From Lysobacterales bacterium (lineage in GTDB: Bacteria > Pseudomonadota > Gammaproteobacteria > Xanthomonadales > SZUA-5): a DNA stretch of 64,000 nucleotides. Location: NCBI GenBank assembly GCA_019187485.1, contig JABAQR010000048.1, positions 25,979-89,978 of the forward strand. The letters are read 5' to 3'. A program made the position numbers and the translations under genes. This document shows, in pieces, positions 1 to 8,958 of this stretch (the stretch's first letter is position 1; each line of letters opens with the position of its first letter). The notes beneath the pieces are model-generated. The model saw only the letters and a program-made list of their open reading frames with translations. It was not told the origin of the DNA and searched no databases.

Positions 1-100
1 CCGGGATCACGTGCCGGTACTGCAGCGCCCGCACGAATCCGCACGCGGGGATGCCACACTCCGGATGCGCACCCGGCTCGCGCTGGGCATGGATCGACAT
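1..100 (-). CDS. Partial ORF (5' end only), product unknown
   Basis: An ATG at 100-98 (minus strand) opens the frame MSIHAQREPGAHPECGIPACGFVRALQYRHVIP..., which runs off the window edge. Third codon positions are mostly G/C. Too short to name. Confidence 0.25.
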   Translation of the reverse strand, partial: MSIHAQREPGAHPECGIPACGFVRALQYRHVIP

Positions 101-295
101 CTGCCACGCCACGCCGCCCGCCACGAACGCACCGGGAAATGACGCACCACCTTGACTCAGATCAAGGTCGTTGCAACTTTCCCTCATGAGAGGAGAGCGT
201 CCGGACGCGTGGCGTGAAATGCCGCATTAGCCTGTTTCCCACCGTGTGGATGCGGATACATGCGACGGCGAGCGTCTGGAGTCGGGAGAAAAACC

Positions 296-847
296 ATGAA
301 TATCCGATTGCTGCCGTGTCTGGCCGGGCTGACCGGGCTGTCCGCCACCGCCGCGGTCCGCGCCAGCGAACTGCGCGTGGAGAGCGGTGCGCAGCGCGTC
401 GAAGTGCTGGCTGGAGGCGGTCGGGTGGTGGTCGACGACGACCGGAGCCGGCGCGGTCGGGTGCAGGCGCACGGTGAGGACGGCGATGTGCTGGTCGATC
501 TCGGCGCGCAGATCGCCGACGACCGCATCCAGGTGGATCTGGCCGGCGACCTCCTGTTCGAGCACGACAGCGCCGCGCTGGCGCCTTCGGTGGCACAGCG
601 CCCGGCCCGGGTGGCGCAACGGATCCGCACGCGCTCGGTAGGCCAGGTCCACATCGGCTGCATCGAATCCATGCTGGAGGAACTCGACTTCGATTTCGAT
701 GCCGACGCCCGCAATGAACTGGAAGATGCGATGGCGCTCGGCAGCGACAACAAGGGTGGACGACTGTGTCGCGCCTGCCAGCCCGGCGAGGGTTTCGGCG
801 AGCGCGAGTGCGCGGCCGTCGAGAAGCGGTGCTTCGGGGCGCACTGA
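296..847 (+). CDS. Putative secreted protein with a degenerate OmpA-like C-terminal region
   Basis: ATG at 296 is preceded by GGGAGAA. The N-terminus MNIRLLPCLAGLTGLSATAAVRA looks like a signal peptide. The internal motif LLFEHDSAALAPS resembles the OmpA_C-type FDxDSAxL motif. The frame has high GC3. The rest is not recognisable. Confidence 0.45.
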   Translation: MNIRLLPCLAGLTGLSATAAVRASELRVESGAQRVEVLAGGGRVVVDDDRSRRGRVQAHGEDGDVLVDLGAQIADDRIQVDLAGDLLFEHDSAALAPSVAQRPARVAQRIRTRSVGQVHIGCIESMLEELDFDFDADARNELEDAMALGSDNKGGRLCRACQPGEGFGERECAAVEKRCFGAH

Positions 848-2322
848 GCATCGGCCGCCGGCGGCGCGCACCGCACCGTGCGCGCCGCTGGCCGGTCGCA
901 CGCTGGCGCCTGCTGGCGCTGCTCGGGGTACACCTGCTGATCGCGGCGCATTTGCTGCACCACGCCTACGCCGGACAGACGCTCGGGCGAGTGGTGCTGG
1001 CCGATGCGCATCTCACCATCGAACGCGGCATCGTCAACCCGGCCTTCGTGCTGTTCGCGCTCGCCCTGGCGGCGACCGCGCTGTTCGGCCGCTTCTTCTG
1101 CGGCTGGGCCTGTCACATGGGCGCGCTGCAGGACGCCAGCGCCTGGCTGCTGCGGCGCGCCGGGATCCGTCCGCGGCTCTTCCGTTCGCGCCTGCTCGGC
1201 TACGCGCCGCTGCTGCTGGCGCTGTACTTGTTCGTCTGGCCAAGCGTACTGCGCGACCTGGTGCATCCCTGGCTCGCCACCGGCTGGCCGGCCGCGGCGG
1301 CCGCGCTGCAACCGATCCCGCCCTTCCCGGGTTGGTCCACCGCCTGGACCAGCCGCGATCTCTGGACCGGTCTGCCCGGTCCCTTCGTGGCGGTGCCCTT
1401 CCTGCTGGTGTGCGGCGCCGCCACGGTGTACTTCCTCGGCGCGCGCGGACTGTGTCGTTACGCCTGTCCTTATGGCGGTCTGCTGCGCCCGGCCGCGCGC
1501 CTGGCGCCGGTGCGCGTGGTGGTCGATCCCGACCGCTGCGACGGCTGTGCGCGCTGCACCGCCGCGTGCAGCATCGGCGTGCGCGTGCATGAACAAACCC
1601 GCGATCACGGCAGCGTGATCGACGCCGACTGCATGCGCACGCTGGACTGCATCGAGGCCTGCCCGCAGCAGGCACTCAGCCTGCGCGCGCTGGCGCCGGC
1701 GGAAGTCGAAACCACGCCCCAGGCGACGCTAGGCTGGCGTACCGAGCTGTTCCTCGCGGTGATCGCACTGGGAAGCACCCTGGTCCTGCGCGGCCTGTAC
1801 GATCGCATCCCACTGCTGCTGGCGGCCGCGCTCGGCGTGCTGGTCGCCTTCCTGGCGCTGCGTGGCGCGGAACTCGCCCAGCCGCGGATGGTGACCCTGG
1901 CACCTTTCCTGCTGCGCGATCGGTCCGGCCTGCGTCGCGCTGGTCGCGTTTACCTCGCGCTGTTGGTGATCTCCTTGCTGCTGCTCGCGCAGTCGGCGCT
2001 GGTGCAGGGGGCACTGTTGCGCGCGCGCATCCTGGATGCGCAGGTGTACGTCGACTGGGCGCAGATCCAGGCGCACGCGGTGGATCCGGCGCAAGCCGCG
2101 CTGGCGCGGCGGGCGCTCGCCTGGTACCGCATCGCCTCGCCGCCGTCGGCCGGGGGGCTGGCGCTCGCGACCACGCCGGAAGTGCCGCTGCGGCGCGCCT
2201 GGCTGCTGCTGGTGCTGGGAGAAAGCCAACACGCGGAACGCGAGTTGCGCGCCCGCCTGGAGACGGCGCCGACGGATACCGCGGCGCGTGCTGCGCTGGC
2301 GGAATTGCTGCAATCCCGATGA
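766..2322 (+). CDS. Membrane-bound 4Fe-4S ferredoxin-type protein (NapH/MauN/FixG-like) with a C-terminal TPR-like tail
   Basis: Motifs FFCGWACHMG, CRYACPYGG, CDGCARCTAACSIG and CMRTLDCIEACP, several hydrophobic helices, and a helical-repeat C-terminus. The start is uncertain. The only canonical in-frame start (ATG 766) overlaps the upstream ORF by about 80 nt, and codon bias there favours the upstream frame. Confidence 0.7.
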   Translation: MSRLPARRGFRRARVRGRREAVLRGALSIGRRRRAPHRARRWPVARWRLLALLGVHLLIAAHLLHHAYAGQTLGRVVLADAHLTIERGIVNPAFVLFALALAATALFGRFFCGWACHMGALQDASAWLLRRAGIRPRLFRSRLLGYAPLLLALYLFVWPSVLRDLVHPWLATGWPAAAAALQPIPPFPGWSTAWTSRDLWTGLPGPFVAVPFLLVCGAATVYFLGARGLCRYACPYGGLLRPAARLAPVRVVVDPDRCDGCARCTAACSIGVRVHEQTRDHGSVIDADCMRTLDCIEACPQQALSLRALAPAEVETTPQATLGWRTELFLAVIALGSTLVLRGLYDRIPLLLAAALGVLVAFLALRGAELAQPRMVTLAPFLLRDRSGLRRAGRVYLALLVISLLLLAQSALVQGALLRARILDAQVYVDWAQIQAHAVDPAQAALARRALAWYRIASPPSAGGLALATTPEVPLRRAWLLLVLGESQHAERELRARLETAPTDTAARAALAELLQSR

Positions 2323-2479
2323 GTCCGGGAATCGTCGCGCCCATGACCGGGCGAGAACCGGGCATGCCATCCGTATGGCCGGAGGCGCTCCCGATCACAC
2401 GACCGCAAAACCGCCTGCTGCACGACAAGCACGGACCAAACGTCGTCCGCAATTCCGGGTCCAGTGTCCGCGCGCCCGT

Positions 2480-3811
2480 CTACCAGCCCTGTTCCAGCCG
2501 CGCCTTCAGCGCCACCGCATCCGCCGTCAGCGGCTCGCTGTGGGTCGGCCGCGCCAGCAGCGCACCCAGCGCCGGCGGAACCGGCACCGGATGCCCCACC
2601 AATGGCTCCACGACCTCGTCGAACTTGGCCGGATGCGCGGTGGCGACCAGCAGCAGCGGGTCCTGGCAGCCGCCGACGCGCAGGCGCTCGACGACTTCCA
2701 CCGCGCAGGCGGTGTGCGGGCACCAGAGCTGTTGCCAATCGCCCTCGCCGGCGACGATGCGCGCACGGATCGTAGCGTCGTCGACCCCATGCGCGTGGAT
2801 GCCGGCGTGGCGCAGGTCGCGCCCGCGGAAGAACCAGGCCAGTCGTTCGAAGTTGCTGGGATCGCCCACGTCCATCGCGTTCGCCAGCGTGGCCACGCTC
2901 GCTCGGCCGCGGTACTCGTGACCTGCGAAATAATCCGGCAGGGTGCGGTTGGCATTGGTGGCGAAGTGGATGGCGCCAAGCGGCAGTCCCATTTCGCGCA
3001 CCAGCGCGGCGGCGAGCGCGTTACCGAGGTTGCCGGTGGGAACCACCAGCACCGGCGGTGCTTCCAGCATCGGCGAATGCGACTGTCCGGCGCGCGCCAG
3101 CCTGAGCGCGGCGTAGACGTAATAGGCCATCTGCGGCAGCAGGCGGCCGAGCGAGATGCTGTTGGCGCTGGTCAGTGCGTGCTGGCTGGCGTAGGGACGA
3201 TCCGCCAGCACTTCCTTGACCATGCGCTGGCAGTCGTCGAAGCTGCCGGCCACACGCAGCGCGTGCACATTGTCGCCAAAGGCGCCGAGCTGGTGTGCCT
3301 GGCGTTTCGACACGCGCCCGTCCGGGTACAGGATCACGACACGGAACCCTGGGCGCTGGTGGAAGGCTGCGGCGACCGCGCCGCCGGTGTCGCCGGAGGT
3401 TGCCACCAGCACCGTCTTCAACGGATCGTCGCGCCGGCGCAGGCGCGCCAGGCAGGCAGCCAGGAAGCGCGCGGCGAAGTCCTTGAAGGCGGCGGTGGGG
3501 CCGTGGAACAGTTCCAGCAGCGAAACGTCCCCGTGGATGCGCGGCAGACGCACGATCGGCAGCGGCAGGTCGAGCGCTTCGCGGCAGATCGCGCCGAGTT
3601 GGGAAGCCAGCGCCGAGCCTGCGAAGAAAGGCGCCAGAAGGCGCTCGGCCACCGCCGGCAAGGTGTCCGCCCCGGCGAAATCGGCGACCTTGAAGCGCGG
3701 CAGCCGTTCCGGTACGAACAACCCCCCGTCCGAGGCCAGGCCCGCGGCAAGCGCCGCGTCGAGCGTCACCGGCCATTCCTGGCGCGTGTCGCGGGTGCTG
3801 TAGTAGCGCAT
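2480..3811 (-). CDS. thrC: Threonine synthase
   Basis: 443 aa. The N-terminus MRYYSTRD..., the GGLFVPE motif, a PLP-enzyme fold pattern and a position downstream of thrA-thrB all fit. Confidence 0.93.
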   Translation of the reverse strand: MRYYSTRDTRQEWPVTLDAALAAGLASDGGLFVPERLPRFKVADFAGADTLPAVAERLLAPFFAGSALASQLGAICREALDLPLPIVRLPRIHGDVSLLELFHGPTAAFKDFAARFLAACLARLRRRDDPLKTVLVATSGDTGGAVAAAFHQRPGFRVVILYPDGRVSKRQAHQLGAFGDNVHALRVAGSFDDCQRMVKEVLADRPYASQHALTSANSISLGRLLPQMAYYVYAALRLARAGQSHSPMLEAPPVLVVPTGNLGNALAAALVREMGLPLGAIHFATNANRTLPDYFAGHEYRGRASVATLANAMDVGDPSNFERLAWFFRGRDLRHAGIHAHGVDDATIRARIVAGEGDWQQLWCPHTACAVEVVERLRVGGCQDPLLLVATAHPAKFDEVVEPLVGHPVPVPPALGALLARPTHSEPLTADAVALKARLEQGW

Positions 3812-3843
3812 GGCTCGTGCTCCGTCGGTAGGTCAATCAAGCT

Positions 3844-3972
3844 GACGCAAAGGACGCAAAGGGAGCGAAGGACGCAAACTAAGGCGATCGACAATTGGCA
3901 AGCCACTGGATCGGCACCAGGCTCTGCTTTCCTTTGCGTCCTTGCTTGCTCTTCTTTGCGTCCTTTGCGTCC
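3844..3972. repeat. Palindromic tandem-unit element, copy A (9-nt unit GACGCAAAG)
   Basis: The left arm is GACGCAAAG GACGCAAAG GGAGCGAAG GACGCAAAC (3844-3879). A centre of about 50 nt follows. The right arm at 3931-3972 is made of CTTTGCGTC-type units, the reverse complement of the left arm. Lies between the thrB stop and the thrC start. Confidence 0.85.
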
Positions 3973-4022
3973 ATTGCTCCTCCGGCAACGGCCGGAGCCC
4001 GGTCGCGACGCACGCGTCGCTC

Positions 4023-4991
4023 CTACGAGCGGCTCAACACCTGCGCGCCGGCATTTGCGACCGCGCTGACGATGATATCGCTGGCCAGACCTGCCTCGGC
4101 GAAGGCATGGGCCATCGCGAGGCCAGCGTCGGCGGCTCGCTCGCGTTCGCGGAACCAGGCGAACACGCTCGGACCGGCGCCGGAAATCGACGCGCCGAGC
4201 GCGCCAGCGGCGAGCGCGGCGGCCTTGACCGCCCCGAAACCGGGGATCAGCGGCGCCCGGCGCGGCTCGACCAGCACATCGCGCAGGCCGCGGCCGATCA
4301 GCTCGAAGTCGCCACCGAAGCAGCCGGCGAGCACCAGCGCCAGGCCTTCGCTCTGGCCGACAAACTCGTTCAGCGCGTAGACGCCACGCAGCGCCTCGCG
4401 CGCCTTGCGGGTCTCGAGCACGAAGTGCGGGTGGGCGACGACCGCGGTCAGGCCAGGCGGGACCGGGATCGGCACCAGGCGGTCGGCGGTCGCCAGCACC
4501 AGGCCGCCGAGCAGTTGCGGGCCGACGTTGTCGCCGTGTAGCGAGCCACTCGCCGCGCGCTCGCCTTCGAGGGCGTAGGGGTACAGCTGCTGCGGCGACA
4601 GCGGTTGTGCCAGCAGCGCGTTCGCCGCGGTCAGCGCGGCGGTCGCCGAGGCGGCCGAGCCGCCGAGGCCGGAGCCGAGCGGGATGCCCTTCTCGATCCG
4701 CAGTTCGACACCGAAGTCCAGTCCGAGCGCGCTGCGCCAGGCCGCCACCGCGCGCGCGGCGGTGTTTTGCTCCGGATCGAAAGGCAGGTCGGTGACGACG
4801 CCGGTGATCTCTGCCACACGCGCCACGGGCTCGTCGATGCGGGTGGCCGTCACGGTGTCGCCGATGCCTTCGAGCGCGTGCCCGAGCAGATCGAAACCGA
4901 CCCCGACGTTGCCGACGCTGGCGGGGGCGAAGGCGGTCGCGGTGGTGAATCCGGGGCACGCGGCACGGGGCACGGGGCACGGGGGAGTCAT
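4023..4991 (-). CDS. thrB: Homoserine kinase
   Basis: GHMP kinase motif [32 protein letters not shown] aligns with the E. coli ThrB N-terminus as I recall it. The first 14 or so codons ([14 protein letters not shown]) are encoded by the arm of repeat copy B. Confidence 0.9.
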   Translation of the reverse strand: MTPPCPVPRAACPGFTTATAFAPASVGNVGVGFDLLGHALEGIGDTVTATRIDEPVARVAEITGVVTDLPFDPEQNTAARAVAAWRSALGLDFGVELRIEKGIPLGSGLGGSAASATAALTAANALLAQPLSPQQLYPYALEGERAASGSLHGDNVGPQLLGGLVLATADRLVPIPVPPGLTAVVAHPHFVLETRKAREALRGVYALNEFVGQSEGLALVLAGCFGGDFELIGRGLRDVLVEPRRAPLIPGFGAVKAAALAAGALGASISGAGPSVFAWFRERERAADAGLAMAHAFAEAGLASDIIVSAVANAGAQVLSRS

Positions 4992-5087
4992 GCGAGCCTC
5001 CGGGACTGGGCTGCGAAACGACCTCTTGGTCCGGAGCCTGCGCGGGCCTGCTCTTCCCGTGCCCCATGCCCGGTGCCCCGTGCCCCG
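4953..5087. repeat. Palindromic tandem-unit element, copy B (7-nt unit GGCACGG)
   Basis: Left arm GGGGCACGCGGCACGGGGCACGGGGCACGGGGG, a 70-nt centre, and right arm CCCGTGCCCCATGCCCGGTGCCCCGTGCCCCG. It fills the 97-nt thrA-thrB junction and overlaps the thrB start. Confidence 0.9.
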
Positions 5088-5088
5088 T

Positions 5089-7551
5089 TCAAAGCGCCGC
5101 CCCCAGCCCGGCTGCCACCCGCAGCAGGTCGGCGAACACGCCGGCGGCGGTGACGTCGGGACCAGCGCCGGGACCGCGCACGATCAGCGGATTGTTGCGG
5201 TAGCGCTGGGTCGCGAAGGAGACGATGTTGTCGGTCAGCGCGATGTGCGCGAAGGGATGGAAGGCCGGCAGGGCCTTCAGCGCGACTTCGGCGCGGCCGT
5301 CGGCTTCGAGCACCGCGCAATAACGCAGCACCTGATGATTCGCGCGCGCCTCGTCGAAGCGCGCCCGCATCGGCGCGTCCAGGCAGTTGAGCCCGGCGAG
5401 GAAGCCCTCGACGCTGGCTTCGCGCAACTCGGCGGGCACCAGGCTCTCGACGTGCACCTGGTCGACTTCGATGTCGAGGCCCATCTCGCGCGCCAGGATC
5501 ACCAGCTTGCGGGCGACGTCGAGGCCGGAGAGGTCGTCGCGCGGGTCGGGCTCGGTGTAGCCGGCCGCCTTGGCCTGGCGCACCAGTTCGGAGAACGGCG
5601 CCTCGCCGTCGAAACGGTTGAACAGGTAGGCGAGCGTGCCCGAGAAGATGCCCTCGATGCGCTCGATGCGATCGCCGGTGTCGATCAGGTCGCGCAGCGT
5701 GCCGATCACCGGCAAGCCGGCGCCGACGGTGGCCTCGTAGCGCCAGCGCGCGCGCCCGCTCTTCGCCGCAGCCTGCACCGCGCGGTAGCGTGCCAGCGGG
5801 CCGCCGCCGGCCTGCTTGTTCGGGGTCAGCACGTGGATGCCGGCCGCCAGCCACTTCGGGTACTGGTCGGCGACCGCGCTGCTCGCCGAGCAGTCGATGA
5901 TCACCGCGTGCGGCAGGTGTTCGGCGTGCACATGCCGCGCGAGCGCGTCGAGGTCGACGACGTCGCCGCGCTCGGCGAGCTGCTCGCGCCAGTGCGGCAA
6001 ATCGATCTGCTGCTCCTGGAGCAGCATCTTCCGCGAGGTCGCGATCGCGCGCACGCGCAGGTCGAGGTGCGCCTCGCGCTTGAGGCGGCCGCGCGCCTCG
6101 GCGATCTGCTGCACCAGCGCCTGGCCGACCGTGCCCGGCCCGATGATGCCGATCGAGACCGTCTGCGCCGACAGGTAGAAGCCCGCGTGCACCGCGCGCA
6201 GCGCGCGCGTCGCCTCGCCCTCGGCGATCGCCACCGAGATGTTGCGCTCGGAGGAACCCTGCGCGATCGCGCGCACGTTGACCTTGGAGCGCCCGAGTGC
6301 GCCGAACAGGCGCGCGCAGATGCCCGGCGTGCCGGCCATGCCCTCACCGACCACCGCGAGCACGCTGATGCCCTTCTCGCTGACCACGCGCTGGATCTGG
6401 CCGCGCTGGATCTCGCGCGAGAAGGCCTCGACCAGCACGTCGCGCGCGCGGTCGGCCTCGCCGCCCTGGATCACGCAGCAGATCGAGTGCTCGGAGGAAC
6501 CCTGCGAGATCATCGTCACCGAGATGCGCGCATCGCGCAGTGCCGCGAACACGCGTTCGGCGGTGCCGTGCACGCCGATCATGCCGGCGCCCTCGATGGT
6601 CACCAGGGCCATCCCGCCGATCGTCGTGATGCCCTTGATCGGCGGCTCCTCACCGCCGTCGGCGTCGATGCGCGTGCCCGGATGCTCCGGGTTGAAGGTG
6701 TTGCGGATGAACACCGGAATGTTGCGTGCGGTCGCCGGCGCCATCGTCTGCGGGTGGATCACCTTGGCGCCGAAATAGGCGAGTTCGAAGGCTTCCTCGT
6801 AGGTCACGTGGTCGAGCACGATCGCCTCGGGCACCCGCCGCGGATCGGCCGAGAGCACGCCGTCGACGTCGGTCCAGATGTGGATCTCGACGGCCTCGAA
6901 GAGCGCGCCGAAAATGCTCGCCGAATAGTCCGAACCGTTGCGCCCGAGCGTGGTGATGCGCTCATCGGCGAGGCGCCGGGCGATGAAGCCGGTGACCACG
7001 TAGCGCCGCGCCGGATGCGCGCGCTGGAACTCGGCGAGGCGCTTCTCGCTCGGCAGCCAGTCCACCGCGACGTGCAATTCGGTCGGCGTGACCCGCAGCA
7101 CCTCGCGCGCATCGAGGAAGACCGCGCCTTCGCCGAGCGAGCGGAAGTGCGATGCGAGCATCTGCGCCGACCACACTTCGCCGAGGCCGGAGACCAGTTC
7201 GACCACCTCCACCGGCACCGTGCCCAGCAGTTCCACGCTGCGCAGGATGTGCTCGAGGTCGGCGAAGCTGCCGTCGAGGACCGCCGCGAAGGCGCTCGCC
7301 TCGGCCGCCAGCAACTCCGCGGCGGTGTCGAGGTGGCGCTGCTTCAGCGCGGCCAGTTCGACCGGCCAGGCGGGATTGCGCGCCGCCGCGAGCGCGGTCA
7401 GCCCGATCAGGGTATCGGTGACGCCCTGCATCGCCGAGACCACCACCACCTGGGCCTCGTCTTGGCGCGCGAGCATCCGCTTCGCGACGGTCTGGTAACG
7501 GGCAGCGTTGGCAACGCTGGACCCGCCGAACTTGTGGGCGATCCACCGCAT
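5089..7551 (-). CDS. thrA: Bifunctional aspartokinase / homoserine dehydrogenase
   Basis: Start chosen at [13 protein letters not shown], the aspartokinase KFGG motif. ACT-region sequences are followed by a homoserine dehydrogenase half ([13 protein letters not shown]...). It is the first gene of the thrABC order. The annotated ORF has 53 extra upstream codons that I reject. Confidence 0.93.
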   Translation of the reverse strand: MRWIAHKFGGSSVANAARYQTVAKRMLARQDEAQVVVVSAMQGVTDTLIGLTALAAARNPAWPVELAALKQRHLDTAAELLAAEASAFAAVLDGSFADLEHILRSVELLGTVPVEVVELVSGLGEVWSAQMLASHFRSLGEGAVFLDAREVLRVTPTELHVAVDWLPSEKRLAEFQRAHPARRYVVTGFIARRLADERITTLGRNGSDYSASIFGALFEAVEIHIWTDVDGVLSADPRRVPEAIVLDHVTYEEAFELAYFGAKVIHPQTMAPATARNIPVFIRNTFNPEHPGTRIDADGGEEPPIKGITTIGGMALVTIEGAGMIGVHGTAERVFAALRDARISVTMISQGSSEHSICCVIQGGEADRARDVLVEAFSREIQRGQIQRVVSEKGISVLAVVGEGMAGTPGICARLFGALGRSKVNVRAIAQGSSERNISVAIAEGEATRALRAVHAGFYLSAQTVSIGIIGPGTVGQALVQQIAEARGRLKREAHLDLRVRAIATSRKMLLQEQQIDLPHWREQLAERGDVVDLDALARHVHAEHLPHAVIIDCSASSAVADQYPKWLAAGIHVLTPNKQAGGGPLARYRAVQAAAKSGRARWRYEATVGAGLPVIGTLRDLIDTGDRIERIEGIFSGTLAYLFNRFDGEAPFSELVRQAKAAGYTEPDPRDDLSGLDVARKLVILAREMGLDIEVDQVHVESLVPAELREASVEGFLAGLNCLDAPMRARFDEARANHQVLRYCAVLEADGRAEVALKALPAFHPFAHIALTDNIVSFATQRYRNNPLIVRGPGAGPDVTAAGVFADLLRVAAGLGAAL

Positions 7552-7743
7552 GGGGAGAGTTTCCTGGTGTGCAATGCGATGAAGCGACCCCTCCGTCGCC
7601 TCGAACCCGCGACAGTGCCAGAGAGCGGGGCGAGGAATCAATCTGCAGTCGAATGCGGGTCGTATCCTCGCTCCGGGAAACCCGAGGCGAGCGTTCGTCC
7701 GGCCGACCACATCCTTCGCGCAGCCCGACGTCGCCGCGAGCCT

Positions 7744-7767
7744 TCGGCGGCCGCAACAGGCCGCCGA
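7744..7767. terminator. GC-rich hairpin downstream of the SecB-like gene
   Basis: TCGGCGGCC-GCAACA-GGCCGCCGA forms a 9-bp perfect stem, 16 nt past the stop at 7783. The T-run (TTT) is on the plus-strand side only, so function as a minus-strand intrinsic terminator is uncertain. Confidence 0.4.
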
Positions 7768-7782
7768 TTTCCGCTCGGGCCT

Positions 7783-8244
7783 TCAGTTCAGTACCACCGG
7801 TCCCTGCTGCGCCGCACTCACCTCCTGCGGCAGGTCCAGCGGCAAACGGATGTTCTGCATTCCCAGATCCTGCAACAGGGACTGTGCGCGCAGCGACAGC
7901 GCGGCGAACAGATGGCGCGCGAACACCGTGTGGTGGGTGGCGAAATCGCCGACGGCGATGGCGCCTGCGCCAACCTGGCGATAGTTCGCCGACGCCCGGA
8001 TCTCCAGGTCGAAGAGCTTGGAGCGGTTCGACCCGCGCAACGGCGTGCCCACGCAGCTCAAGCGGGTCTGCAGCACGAACAGCATCGGCTGCGCGCCCTC
8101 GACCTGGTTCGGCGTCAACTGAAACTCGACGTGCGCGTGGCACTCGACGCCGCGCGCCTCCACGCCCTGCTGCAACTGCGCCTGCAATCCGGTGATGCTG
8201 ATGCTCTCCAGCGTCAGCGACCGGAACATCTCGTCTGCATTCAT
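7783..8244 (-). CDS. SecB-like chaperone-fold protein (distant, tentative)
   Basis: 153 aa starting at MNADEMF. The pattern of alternating strands plus a C-terminal segment (HLFAALSLRAQSLLQDLGMQNIRLPLDLP) resembles the SecB PILFPYARE...FPPLxLxPVNF region from memory. The ATG overlaps the upstream stop (ATGA). Confidence 0.45.
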   Translation of the reverse strand: MNADEMFRSLTLESISITGLQAQLQQGVEARGVECHAHVEFQLTPNQVEGAQPMLFVLQTRLSCVGTPLRGSNRSKLFDLEIRASANYRQVGAGAIAVGDFATHHTVFARHLFAALSLRAQSLLQDLGMQNIRLPLDLPQEVSAAQQGPVVLN

Positions 8245-8879
8245 CCCTGCGGGTCTTCCCTGGCCTGGTCCACGGCGCGCCAAAGATACAGGCAGGCGAG
8301 CGTGCGGTACGGCCGCCAGCACTCGCCCATCGCCGTGAGTTCGGCATGACCGGGCATCGCGGGAAGACCATGCACGATCTGCGCACCGGCGCGCACGCCG
8401 TAGTCGGACACCGGCAGCACGTCCGGCCGGCCCATGCGGAACATCAGCAGCATCTGCACCGTCCACGGGCCGATGCCGCGCACCATCGTCAGGTGCTCGA
8501 TCGCCGCCTCGTCGTCGAGCGCGTGCAAAACCCGCAGCGAAGGCAGGCGGCGCGCGCGGACGTGCTCGGCAAGGTCCCTGAGCGCACGCAACTTGTTCGC
8601 CGACAACCCCGCCGCACGCAGTTGCGCATCGTCGGTCGTGGTGATCGCCTTGGCGGTGATCTGGCCACCTCCGAGCGCCTGGCGCACGCGCCCGAAGATC
8701 GTTTCGGCCGCCTTGCCGTTGAGCTGCTGGAACACGATCGCGCGCGTCAGCGCGTGCACCAGCGTGAAGCGCTCGGGTTGCGGCAATGGCAACTCGCCGA
8801 TGCGATCCATCCACGCGCCCAGGCGCGGATCGGCGCAACGCAGGTGGCTGCGGGCGGCGTGGTCCAGTGGACTTGGCAT
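8241..8879 (-). CDS. HhH-GPD DNA glycosylase (3-methyladenine DNA glycosylase II / AlkA-like core)
   Basis: 212 aa. A helix-hairpin-helix signature (LTMVRGIGPWTVQMLLMF) is followed by a catalytic-Asp region (VLPVSDYGVR). Confidence 0.8.
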   Translation of the reverse strand: MPSPLDHAARSHLRCADPRLGAWMDRIGELPLPQPERFTLVHALTRAIVFQQLNGKAAETIFGRVRQALGGGQITAKAITTTDDAQLRAAGLSANKLRALRDLAEHVRARRLPSLRVLHALDDEAAIEHLTMVRGIGPWTVQMLLMFRMGRPDVLPVSDYGVRAGAQIVHGLPAMPGHAELTAMGECWRPYRTLACLYLWRAVDQAREDPQG

Positions 8880-8958
8880 GCAGGGTTGCGGGTGTCCGGT
8901 TGCCGGGAACCGATAGCCACTCGCTGGACGGGGCGCGTGCGCCCCGTCCAGCGATGGG

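Noticed and set aside
1-188. A plus-strand ORF running from the window edge to about 140-188.
   Set aside because: Both open plus frames give Arg/Pro/His-rich translations. The minus-strand frame starting at 100 has better GC3 bias and a more protein-like sequence, although it too has low confidence.
7552-7782. A thr-operon leader peptide or attenuator upstream of thrA.
   Set aside because: I translated the minus strand in all frames by eye. No short ORF with Thr/Ile runs appears. Only modest hairpins without U-tracts were seen.
4684-8349. Very long ORFs antisense to, or out of frame with, clear genes. Examples: 4684-8349 (+, 1221 aa), 10675-13152 (+), 14161-16614 (-), 17314-19617 (+), 23837-25924 (+), 35081-37138 (-), 54714-57047 (+), 61114-62892 (-).
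   Set aside because: Their translations are Arg/Ala/Gly/Pro-rich with no recognisable motifs. Each lies opposite a gene with strong homology-type signatures. Long stop-free alternative frames are expected at this GC content.
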